Shown here piece by piece: positions 24,307 through 37,400 of a DNA stretch of 64,000 nt. Under the pieces are notes generated by a model. That model was given only the letters and a program-made list of their open reading frames with translations, was not told the origin of the DNA and made no database searches. How positions within the stretch are numbered: the first letter of the stretch is position 1; every line of letters begins with the position of its first letter. This stretch comes from Spizellomyces punctatus DAOM BR117 (taxonomy: Eukaryota): assembly GCA_000182565.2 (NCBI GenBank), contig KQ257469.1, one strand, 5' to 3'. The position numbers and the translations under genes are program-made.

Positions 24307-25225
24307 TCACCACCACCAAAACCGTAGATATATGACAACAGTCACAATCAACAGAACAATTGCTGGTGGTCCGTATTTTTGGTATAGTGCTTGCAAATTG
24401 AGCTGCTTTGCTTGCATGTGATATGTTTTGGATCGATCGGATAGCTCCTTCGAAACAGTGGACATGCCTATAGTTGAACGACTTAGCATGCAATAGTGCC
24501 ATTGATCAAGTTGCGGCAATTCGACTTACGGTCTAGCGCCTCCCCTCGCCCTAGCACATCTTGGATGTTCTTGGTCATTATTCGCGTCACATCTTGCAGG
24601 TCTTCGTTAAGTTTATTTAGATTTCTTTGCGTTCTGCTATCTTGGTACTGTTTCTTTACTTTCTGTATGTATGTGTCTGGCGAGATAAATCAGCTTCTTT
24701 GAACCTTTGCGGGAGAAAGCGCGATCCATCACGGGGATCCGCAAGCAAAACCCACCAAATTTCATTAGGGCATATGGTCGAGCCACAGTGCCTACTTGGT
24801 CCCCATACTTTTCGTGAAACTCTTGTTGAATGTCTTCCAAATATGCAAACGCAAGCTTTCGTGGATATGCGCGTTCGCAAAGACATAGGTAGCATACGCC
24901 AAATTCAATGAGGTAGCTGGTGACCCATGTCGGTTACATGTTTCGCGTGACAGAGTTAAACAACCAAGAATAACATACTGGAAGACGAGATTTCCTGTTT
25001 CAATGGAGCAGCGTTGGTCGGATTGTGGTGATAGCCGCTTTAGAAGGAGTTTCGCTTGGTTTCTGTATTCTGTCAGATCATATGACTTTTCGCAAGGTCA
25101 TTGGAAAATGTCAAAAATGCGCTGTAGGAGGGCATGGCCCGCAACGCCATGAACAACAATACCTCTTCGTCTGCAGCAAGAAATAAGCCGTCTGCCACTC
25201 GTGCAATGAACGTTGACTGGATCAT
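24307..25225 (-). CDS. SEC22: R-SNARE SEC22 (longin domain)
   Basis: [59 protein letters not shown]-terminal [17 protein letters not shown]. Confidence 0.95.
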
Positions 25226-25522
25226 GGTGAAAGATGGGTAGTAGGGTGGTATATCACATCAAACGGGGCGGAAAGCAGCGGACCCAGTGTAAGCGGCTTA
25301 GTGTGGCGTGTCTTGAGTTCAACGTGGCATCTTTTGCTGGTTGCAAGTTGCGGAATTGGCACTCTAGGTCACCATCATCATCCGTTGGGAGGGCTGGTGG
25401 TGGTAACAGCACTGGACGTTTGAATAGCTCAAGAAGAATGTACATGACTTTCTGGGTAGATAGGCAAGACTCTGCAGATTTTCGACGATTCATGCTTCCT
25501 AGCTGTAAGATCAACGAGTATA

Positions 25523-28500
25523 ATGATTGATATATTGGGGTGGCGGTTGCAATCTGTTGGCTTTGTGAAGCAGTTTCCATCTCTTGGGTTTGGGGGCTTA
25601 AGAAACGGGACTAGAGGCGCATCTTGGTTCTCTCGTGTCCGACGTCTCAGGAATAGGTCCGGTCTCCTACACAGTACTATGTTAATCATACAATCCTTTC
25701 AAAACATATCATCTCACCCTCTATTGTCCAAAGAACTGTGCAGCATGAATGTCCACCTGTAGCAGAGCAAATACACAGCCAGGAAATCATCCACGGGCGG
25801 CTGAGGGTCGATGAGTTCAAGTGGTTGGAAAACATCCAAGACAAGGTACCCTGCGGCACTAGTTATGTCTCTTTCGTAGATTACACTTGCCAACGTTGGA
25901 CTGCTTCAGGCTACTCTTGCGTACTGTGGAGCCGAGAGCAGGTTGGTGCGGTCTTCAAGTGTTCATTCCTTTGATGCAGGGGTTTCCAGACATATTCCTA
26001 ATTCTGCCTTAGATATGCTGAGCAGCAACTGAAAGACCTGCAGCCACTTAGCCGTCGCATTCTCAAGGTGGCTGACACTCCAGTAGTAAGCATGCCGCTT
26101 CAAGAATTCAAGGCTCAATACTTGCATTGTGTAGGAGCTGCAAAGCTACATTCCCCGCTCGCCCCCGAACGATCCTCCTGACATTATAGATGGATGGGAG
26201 TACTCAAATCGTTGGGTGTCAGGACGCATAGTATACGTACGACGACCAATTAGCGGAGGAAATGAAGTGGGTGTCATATAGAATGGTTTGAGATGGCGGT
26301 TTTCGCAATTAGGGTCTTACCAGTTAAGTAGGAAATTCTGCTAGATACAAGATTTCTCCCACAAGGTTCAACCAGCGTCAAGAAGTGCTTGATATCTAAC
26401 GATCACAAGGTGCTGGCCTACTTGATTTGCGGGCCTACAGAGGAACAAGGAACTCTGTATTTCCGTGATCTTACTAGACCACCATCTTTGAAAAACGTGC
26501 GTACTCTTGCGATCTCTGAGGAGCAAGCGTACCCGTGCTCAAATGTGTCGTTCAGATTGCAGCAGTACCTAAAGTCTTCAATTTTGTCTGGGCGGATGGG
26601 CACCGAACTGTTTATTATACGCGGTTGGATGAACTCCTGAGGGCCAATGAGGTAGGACTTAATGCGATCTCGTGTCTCCTTATATCTTAATAATTCTGAC
26701 ATAGGTGTTTCGACACCGACTTTATGCCTTCGAAACGACCGACGAACTCGTATATCATGAGCCTGAACCAACGTGTTTCTTGGATGTGAGTATTACGAAG
26801 GATAAGGTTGGTAAATCCAGTGCGTTCATCCTTGAGGATAGGCCGCAGATGACAACCATCACCTATATTTTAGAAATATGTTACCATCAATTCAAGTTCA
26901 TCCAGCGACTCCAAAGTTCTGGTTGTGTCAACGGAAGGGAGCAAGTCGGAGCAACCCAGACTCGTGCTGCCTAGATTGGCAAACACGCAATATTATGTGG
27001 ACCACCACGAGGTACGAACCCGTCTTTGGAGCCTGATCTATATTAGGCATTCATCCTCCGTGACCAGGATGCCTTTTACATACTTCACAACCACATCTCA
27101 GACAACTTCAGTCTATCCCTCTTTCGAGACTCTGTCCTCGGAAAGGTCTCGTGGGATAAGTTACAACCGGTTGTGACCACATCAGAGTCTGAGAAGCTTG
27201 AGGAACTGGAACTTTTTCGTAATTTTGCGCTTTTGTATATGAAGAAAGGGGGTCTACCGGTACTGGAGTGCCACGATTTCAGAACGGACGAACGACATAC
27301 TGTACCGTTGGATGAACCAATTGCATCGGTATATACTGGATCTAATCTGGTAAATCAAAACGTCGGATGGTTGTCAATGATTTCTTTCTAATTGCCCACA
27401 TGCCCTAGAAATATGATACTTCTATCGTGCATTTTAACACGTCGTCCCCGCTAACGATGCAAAGTGTGTACGAGTATGATATGGACAAAAAGATAATGCG
27501 CAAGAAGGGGACGCGGAGTCCTGCAGGTACATTGCAGCTGTGACTCTAGCGTTGTGATAAAGACTCAGACAAGTTGCAGGTTTCGATGTGCGCCAGTATG
27601 TCGTGAAGCGTATAACGGTTCCTAGTGACACGGCTGACATTCCAGTTACACTTATACACAACAAGAATCTGGAGCGCAATGGCCAGTGTGTAGGAACCGC
27701 TTGAATCGACATTATACACCATATTTACGAATTTCCGTCCTTGCCTGGCTTGCAGGAACCCGGTGAATATTCGTGCGTATGGTGCTTACGGTAAAGTATG
27801 AAGCTGCTGCATTTGACGTCAGGTCATAGATCACTGAACATGATAACATAAACAGGTGTGCCATTTGAGCCGTACTTTCGATTGGAGATTTTACCTTTGT
27901 TGCGACGAGGTTTCGTCGTGGCGCTAGCTCATGTTCGGTAGAGTTGTGGCTGTAGGATTATCCGGCAACTGCAACCGAACAGTTATTGACATGATACGTA
28001 CTGTTAGTGGCGGTAGCGACTTGGGTGTGCGATGGTACAAGGAAGGCCGATTATTGCAAAAGGAGAATTCGTTTAAGGATTTGATTGCAGTTGCCGATTT
28101 CATGGTACGAGAGAAATATTCTCATCCGAATCTTTTGACTGGCCATGGGGTCAGCGCAGGGGGTCTTCTCATGGGTGAGTCTGTAAGATTATCAGCAGTC
28201 TCTCATGGCTTGTTACTGAACATCGAAACGGTGTACATAGCAACAGTAATGAACCGCCGTCCAGGTACATTTCTTATCCATTGAATCACCGTAGAGGCTT
28301 ATTTACATGCCAGGTGTAATCTACAGACCTATTTCGTGCTATGGTCCTTCGAGTGCCATTTGTAGATCCACTGTCAGCCATGCTAGACCGCACATCTCCG
28401 TTGACAACTGTCGAACGCGGTGAATGGGGAGATCCGCTGGAAGATCCTGCGGTGTATGAGTATATGGCCGGATATGCACCGTACGACGGCATCCCCTTTG

Positions 28501-28820
28501 CAAACTCCGGCTCAACGGATTTCAAAACGTCAGTTTTAATCACCGCATCGCTTCAGGACCAGCGAGTCGCGCTATGGCAGCCATTGAAATATGTCGCGAG
28601 AATGCGGGCGCGGAATAGTACTGTGTATGGCTCTGCCGCCGGACTTGCTGGGAAGGACGTGGCTCCATCCGCCGCTACCCCAAAGCTACTATTAAAGATA
28701 TACAATGATCGGGGTCACAATGCGTCTGGCGACGAAGTAAATCTCGAAGATGGCGCTCTGGAGTCTGCATTTCTGATACGAGAGATCGAGCCATTCTTAG
28801 AAAATATATCTACTCGATGA
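25523..28820 (+). CDS. S9A serine peptidase, oligopeptidase B/PREPL-like, with a putative mitochondrial presequence
   Basis: PPVA...HG..RVDEFKWL, YGAYG, AHVRGG, KENSFKD, GVSAGGLL (nucleophile), VPFVDP, ERGEWGDP, DQRV (Asp), RGH (His). Many short introns. Confidence 0.88.
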
Positions 28821-28829
28821 TACTAGTTT

Positions 28830-31274
28830 CTATTCAAGGTCCTCAGCACGACGTTTCAGTATACAATATTCTCCCCAGACCTTTCCCCTTAGTCCAGGTA
28901 TGTAGAACGCTCGAGCAAGCGTTGGTGTTTGTCCGGCATCTAGGAAAGGTGCACAGTGATGTTTTGCCCAAGTGTTTGTATCAAGAGCATACGCAGGTTG
29001 GCTTGCAGTCGGATCATAATGTGTCTGCGTCGGAGGAGTATAGTCCACGATGTAGTCGCATGTCCCCACGTCCACCTTTGAGTCCCACATGAAGGGTTTG
29101 GTTAAATTGTAACATCAAACTTTCAACGCCGGTGTTCTTACATATCGGTCCATGACTTCTTCATTCCGGTCATTCATTCCATCAACCTCCTTGGACGTCA
29201 ATCGTCGTCCATGTCTCAATGCTGATATGTAACTTTCCAACCCCCGCTCTTTCAACAACGATATGAGTTTGTTTCCATCAAGAGTGGATTCCTCCTCAAA
29301 GTATTTTGGTAGCAGTCCCGCGAAATCCGACTTGAGATATCGTAGTCTGACACCTTCTGGAAGGAAGTAGTGCGAAGGAAATCTGTACCATTCCTTTCCG
29401 ACGCACAAGTTGCGTTCTTGGGCAATATGTCCTAGTGCGCTTGACCCATTGACATTCGACGGCAATGATGGAAGCGTTTTCAGGTGCGGGTAGACATTCA
29501 TTGGTGCGTGGTAATGTAGGTAGAGGGACAGTGAACGCGAGATTGACAGTATTGCGAAGAGAATGAGGACCACGCGAGTGAAGAACGACGATATGGCAGT
29601 TGCACGGGACTGCCAGCAAATAGAAGCATTCATGTGTTAGCTTCAACAAAGTTTCAGAAAGATAGAGACGGGTCTCATTCTTTACCTTGGTGGTTAAGTG
29701 AGCAAACAGCTTCTCTATCCAAGACCGAGCAAAATACAGCATGAGGGCTCCGTTTAAGCATATTAGCGGGTATACCACGAAAAGAAATCGTTCCTCTTTG
29801 TGCGGCTGCATAGTAAAGATCGCCAACCACAGGTACATTGGCAACATTTTGGCCGCCAAAGCCCATACATTATAGTTTGCTTTGGAGCCTTCTGGCGCCG
29901 CTTTGCGACCGTCTATGAGGTTGCCAAGTAGCTGGAAGAACTGAATCAGCCGTTTGTAAAGACAGATAAGCCCAATAGATTCTACATACGATGGCAGGCA
30001 GACTTGCCAAGGCAGCTGGAAAGATGATGTTGAAGTTCAAAGCACCATTGATCAGGTAGAACCACCAAGGTTCAGTTCCGTAGATGTCTGGTCCTCTATC
30101 TTTTCCACCGAAAACATTGTACACGACAATGTTCAGGGGAACTATGGTCCACTTATTATAGAAGTAATAATCAACGATAATTAGGGGCCCCTTAACATGC
30201 AAAGCAAAAGTGAGTGTGACAGGCACAACTCGCTGCAGTGTATAGATAGTAATACGAACCAAAATCAGGACGAGAGCCAGAAGCCCTGCTCCGAAGAGTC
30301 GTCTCACTTTCGTAAGTGACCTTCCCGACAACAGCACCTCTTCCATGACAAATGGTATACCAATAGCGGCACTGAATGGCCAACCAACGAGTGCCCCAAG
30401 GCCGATCAGGAACACCACCGCGTATGTGCGTAACCGTCCAGGGGGTTGGAGAAAGTAGGCGGTGGCTAACGTGACGGAATACATAGCAAAGGTAGATGGA
30501 AGATAGGCTACAAGAGGTGCTCAACATTCAGCTTCGCCACATCAATTAGAAGGAAGACCCACGTTCATAGGTAGTTTACCAGTCGAAGATATAAACATCC
30601 CGGTGTTGAGAAGAAGGATAAATAGTAGATATCTCCCCACGCGAGGTCCAATATATTTCACAACTGCATCGTATAACTGTGCTTCACATAAAGCGGAAGC
30701 CAAAGCCAAGGCTCCCCGTGTCTCGTAAAATACTGTGATCTTTGCATCGAAACAAACGCTGGTAAGTGCTGTACTAATCATCAGCACCAACTTATTAGGA
30801 AGCTCACCTTCTCCCTAGATATGAGAGTTTCGATAAAGCGCCCTATTGCAGAGTGCAGCGATATGTACGCCCACGAGCGAATAGAGTACTTTGGCGAGTA
30901 CTCCCAAGTCTGCATTCCCCATCCATATTGCAGATAGTGAGTTGGCTCCCAGTAGTTGAACACCTCGTCGCAGTCTTGCAAGGAAAGCCGCATCAGATAC
31001 TGTCAATAATGACCATCTGGGCTCGAGCACCATAACACTACCAGATATATTCGAGTAAATAGCCGCGAGCAGCCGGGCAACACAGAGAGCTTTAGTAGCC
31101 AAGCTCAGCGAAGGTGTCCATATAGACGATACAGTCGTCGGAGTCTCCTGGCTTTAAACCGTTGTAAAGCTCGGCAAGGAAATTGCTACCCCAAGAACAA
31201 GAGCATTCTTCTTACCCTTTCACCTTTTGATTGCTTTGCACATTTTTCTTCAGTGGTTTGGCGGCTTTAGGCAT
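28830..31274 (-). CDS. ALG9: Alpha-1,2-mannosyltransferase ALG9 (GT22)
   Basis: DCDEVFNYWEPTHYL, QTWEYSP, GWPFS, GPDIYGTEPWWFY, QPHKEERFL, CVGKEWYRFPSHYFLP, FAGLLP, MNDRNEE. Confidence 0.95.
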
Positions 31275-31413
31275 GGTACATTTAGAATCTTGAGGATGGA
31301 AGGACTCTCGCACCAGATGGGACGAGGCAAGCCGTATATAATTAAGTCCAAAAATGGACAAATTACAGAATAGCGTAAAGTACTGAAAAATCAAGACTTT
31401 TGAACTTTACACA

Positions 31414-32693
31414 ATGCCCAGTACAGCATTTACCCCACCGCCGAGCACGGACATGAACGTCACAAAAAAGGAGAGGAAGAAGAAGAAGGAGAAAAGTTCG
31501 AAGGGGGAACCTGCAGACAAAACGGTAGAGTTGGTGGAGAATTCTAATGACGAGCTTGTCAACGATAAAAAACGACCCGGGTCGAGCGACAAAGTTGCGC
31601 CAAAACAAGCGAAAGGTTTGGAGGAGCACGCCACTAAAAAGAAGAGCCGGAAAGAAAAGAAGGAGGACAAAAAAGCGGTGGAGAACACTGGATCTCTCCC
31701 TAGTCCAACAGATAATGACGACAGTGGCCAAAACGTGAGCGTAAACTCAAAGAAGACGAAAAAAGAGAAGACAAAGAAATCCAAGCATGATTCAATGGAG
31801 GTGGAAATCAGCCCCGATCCAGTAGAACATCAGCAACAGCAAGAAACAGGAAAGATCAAAAAGAGCAAAAAGAAACCGACTCTGGAGAAGGTAGACGACA
31901 AGGGGGACATTCATTCAACTCGACCAGGAGGCGAGGAGCGTAAACGGAAATCTGAAGTTGAACAACCAGCCGAAGAAGAGAAAAGTAAGAAAAAGAGAAA
32001 GAAGGACAAGGAAAGACAGAGGACAACGGATATCGAGGCCACGGCAAAGGATCTGCCTCCTGTGGACAAACCTGAGAAAGATACAGATATTAAGTCGCTA
32101 AAGGACAAGAAGAAAACGAAAAAGGCAGAGAAGGTACGTCGATAGAATATCCCGCTCACTCTGAACAAATGAAAAAACCGACTATCTGACTCTAACAGGC
32201 TGAAAAGAAAAAGATGGCATCCACTTCGTCAGAATCAAAGCCTACTACTACTGGTGCGTTTCATGCAATGATGCGTTGAGCTGCCTCGCTAAGCTGAGTA
32301 TGCTATCGCAGCACATGCGCCAAAGAAAGATGCACAAGCACCACCCGCGGAAAACCAGACCGTCGCCTCTGGAACTGGGACGTGGAACGACTGGAGCCAA
32401 GCTTCTTTTGAAGGTGATGCCGCTCGCAAAAATGTGAGTTGGTTTGCGATTATAATGCGTAACTCTGTGCGTCTACCTAACCCCAATCTCCTTAGAAATT
32501 TCTTCGCTTGCTAGGAGCGAAGAAAGCCAGCAATGACGCCATAATATCAACAACATCTTCGAATGCACCCACATCCGCAATACAAGCAGAGGTCGGCAAG
32601 AAGATTGAGCATGACATAGTAAATCAATTTGAGCAGGGTAGAGCTATCCAGCAGAAATTGAGGCAAGGCAGAAGGGTGGGACTTGGTTTCTAG
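31414..32693 (+). CDS. Lysine-rich nucleolar protein with C-terminal SMAP domain (KNOP1-like)
   Basis: K/E-rich body; spliced C-terminus WNDWSQASFEGDAARKN|KFLRLLGAKK...QFEQG...GLGF*. Confidence 0.75.
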
Positions 32694-33035
32694 GTATTGC
32701 CGCGCATCAAATTGCTTGTACCCTCGCCCGTATGTACAAGTGATTGTATCGGTGATTTGTATCGGTGATTACAAGAGTGCTGATGGAGTCATAATGTAAG
32801 ATCTGATAGGAGAGAGCAGAACTGCACGTAGAGCGCAGAGGGTTGCTGCTTATTTATCGAACTTACACCAGGCATTCAAAACAGTCATCACGTTTTATCC
32901 ACAGAGTACTGGCATCCTAACTAAAAGCTATCTTCAGCTAGACTCATCTCTATATACATGTGATAAACAATGGTTTAAGTCTACAGGCAAACAATGATGT
33001 GACCGTTGCCAACTGTAACTCTCCTGATCACGGTG

Positions 33036-34209
<1,174 letters not shown>

Positions 34210-34322
34210 GTTTTTGGAGAGAGATGGAAGACAAAGCTTGAAAGCAAGATTCGGCAATTGGGCAGTGCCGGGATGAAAGCGCGCAACGGTTACCTAAGTG
34301 TCCAAAATAGGATAAATGATAT

Positions 34323-34330
34323 TCACGTGA
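34323..34330. promoter_or_regulatory. E-box TCACGTGA in the SDR/SEN1 divergent promoter
   Basis: Perfect palindrome between the ATGs at 34209 (-) and 34492 (+). Confidence 0.4.
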
Positions 34331-34491
34331 CAAGTCGTGGAGGAGTCCAAAGCGACTGTCCGATCCTCCAAGTTTTTCAACGCTCGTTCGACATGTCAAC
34401 GTTGTGTGCAAACGGCCACCTCTGTGAATACTGCATTTGACACTATCCGGTCCGCGTTGCTGTCGTGTAGTGTGTTTCGGGTGCTCCTGAC

Positions 34492-37400
34492 ATGGAGAGC
34501 CAGCCTCTGCGGGAGCTACTGGTTCAAAGCCATGCCGTCCATGGTAGGCCACTGTTTTAGTTGTTTGCAGAGCTTCATGCAACTCACACTATTTACGCGC
34601 AACCACAGTTCAGAACCCAGACGTCGAAGAACTCAGGACGGATTTTTTCCACAAAGCATGTGGCTTCTTTCTTTCCTGCAGTAGCCCAGGTGACCACATT
34701 CTCTGCAGCAACCCAGACATCGCCGTGGAAGTCCTGGGGTTGTTCTCACTCCAAGATATATCGGTTTGTTTGAGATTCCATGACATATAATACCCTTATT
34801 AGTGCTGCCTGATGGTCTCATTAAAGCGATTCATTTTAGGGCACGCCAGTGGAAACAGTTGTTACACGGCTGGCCGCGGAACTGAACTGCTGCCGGTCCT
34901 GCGTGGACACATACCAGTCCGCCAAAGATGCCTTTTACTGCCGGTACATCAGTCTATACGGCGAAGCCTTGATTGACGCCTTTATGAAACGTCTTCATGA
35001 GTGGGACCTTATGCGCCAGTATGAGAGGTTGGGTCATTACGTCACCGAGCTGCGGTCGTTTCGCAACAGCCCAGGCCGGGAATGGAAGAAGGCGCGGAGG
35101 GCGGCTACGATATTAATGTATGAGATCTTATCGTATCCGGAAACTCTGCGAAATTCTGAAGTGGACGCACTGTGGGTGGCACTGTTCCACGAGATTAGTG
35201 CTATCCCAGACAGCTCTCCGCTTGAGCTCCGCGGTAAATATCTCATGCCAGGCAGCATTATGTTGGCGTCTCATGCCGATACAGATATGAGAATGTGGGC
35301 TCAGTCTGCCATCAGGAAATCATCTGCCAGGATTACGTTGGAATGTTTGGAAAAGAATGAGATGGTTCGCTCCCTTATCCTCGATCTATTACTGCTACTT
35401 GGTGATCCGGATCTTTTGAGAGCTAGAGTAACTGCCTATCGATACACTGATCAGATCCCCGAGCTATGGAAAGCGTTGGCCGTGGTGCTGTGGTCAATGG
35501 AGGGCCCCGCATATAGCGTGTTGGAAAATTTGGAAAAGAATGCCAGAGTTGATTTGAATGAATTGATTATTTCGCACCTCTCAACTGCAGTTGAGGAGTT
35601 TTGGGAAACATTGGAGTGTTTTGTGCTCTTAGCTACCAGAAGACCGTCGCTTTGGTCGTCTTTGAATGCGGATAGAGCACTCACACTCTGCAAGTCAATC
35701 CTTCTTAATGCGAAGTTTCAGGCCTGCGTTAGAAGCGACTCATGCGTGGAGCGCCTTTCGATCTGTGTCAGTTGGGTGGGAACGCTAATTAGAAGCTCAT
35801 TTGGCGAGGATATCCTACCTGAAATTCTGAATAACTCAACTGAATGGTGTAGCGCTGCTCAACAGAGATTGGACTCTCTGCTACTTAGCATTTTGCAAAG
35901 CTTCAATGAGCACTCCACTATGAAGGCGTCCTTGGCATGTAGAATTGGGACTTCAGCGCTGACAAGATTCAGCACCGCGTCATCAAGTTCAGCACAGATC
36001 ATTGGCAGCATGGTGCATCTGCTTCGAAACGGTGGTAACGACGCTGAGATGATAGTCCTGGGTGTGCAAGCCCTCGAATTTTTCTCAGCGTACCTTGTCG
36101 AGCAAATGACTGCAGGCACTCTGCACGCCACCGCTTGGATGGATTCATTCATGCTACCTGCATGTTTATTGTCGGCGGGAATACGATGGGCAAAGGCTGG
36201 TGTGGGGCCGACTTCGAAGATTAGCGATCTGATTCTGAAAACGCTTTCTGCTACGGAGCTGTCGATCGAGCTTTTCTCTAGTAAGCTGCATGCTAAGGAA
36301 ATGGAAACCTATCCATTTCAGGAGACTTTCAGCGGTGTTGTCAAATGGATGATCTCGCTGGACCCGCAAATACCAAAGAAAGCGTTTCGACTGGTCTACG
36401 AGCTGTTTAGAGTCTCCTGGCGAGCAAATTTCGCCATTGAGCCAAGCATTTTAGCCCGTCTTGAGAAAATATCTAATGGGACCTTGAAGTCGTTGCTGAC
36501 TACGGGTGAAAGAGTGCTATTGGAAACGTGGCTCTCCCAAAATCGACAGGTGTTGGCAGGTGCTGATATACCTGGCCGACCACCGGACATGGTTTTGGAA
36601 GATACCTCTGTACCTGTTATTGATCTGGTCGGTTCGGATGATACAAGCCCCGAGGATAAAGCCACTTCTTCTGCTCTTGGACCAATGCATGGCGTGCACA
36701 AACCACTAAAAGAGTCCTCTAAAAATGCATTGGGTGTAGGAAAGGCTACCCATACATCGGCTGAGGACCTGGCACTTCAAAAGACGATAACATCTCACTC
36801 CCAACCGACGACGGACCGAAAAGCTGCCTCGCAGATGAATTCGGCGCACCAAAGCTCTATAGATAAGTTTGTACTGAAAAGCAATGTTCAGTCAGTATGG
36901 GAGCAGCTTGCAGCCGACGCCCTACGCAATCCTATTTCTAGAGCTGGTACTGGATTTTCCTTGGGAAAACCCTCCACAGCAAACAAAGCTGCAAAAACCA
37001 AAGGGCCGACAACCCTTTCCAAGCTGCAAAAGCTTAGACAGGAAACCGCCGAGAAAACCAAGCGGGCAACGCCACTCGTCGCAAATGGTCTGTCCACGGG
37101 CAAGCCGCTGGTGCTCGCGCCGCAGCTTCCGACCCTTAAGCCCTCGCTTCCGGAAGTAACTATATTACCCTATGAGCCTGAAGCCAGTAGCTTCTCTGCA
37201 TTTGACAAACCTACGCGCACGCAAATGCTGGAGGACAAAGGCAGCCGGTCAACCGACGTGGTAAAAAGGGTGGGCACCTTAATACGAACTCCAGGGATTC
37301 AGCACCGCCCTAAGGCGCTCCGCGATGTGAAGCAGCTGTACAAGTGCATGCTATCGTGGAATCTCGATATGAGCGGCGACAGGCCACCGAATTTTCAATT

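Noticed and set aside
31363..32168. Phe-rich minus-strand ORFs
   Set aside because: Antisense of the lysine-rich nucleolar protein.
32740..32770. Short tandem duplication GTGAT(T)TGTATCG x2.5
   Set aside because: A small slippage repeat in a 3' UTR, with no spacers or box C/D layout.
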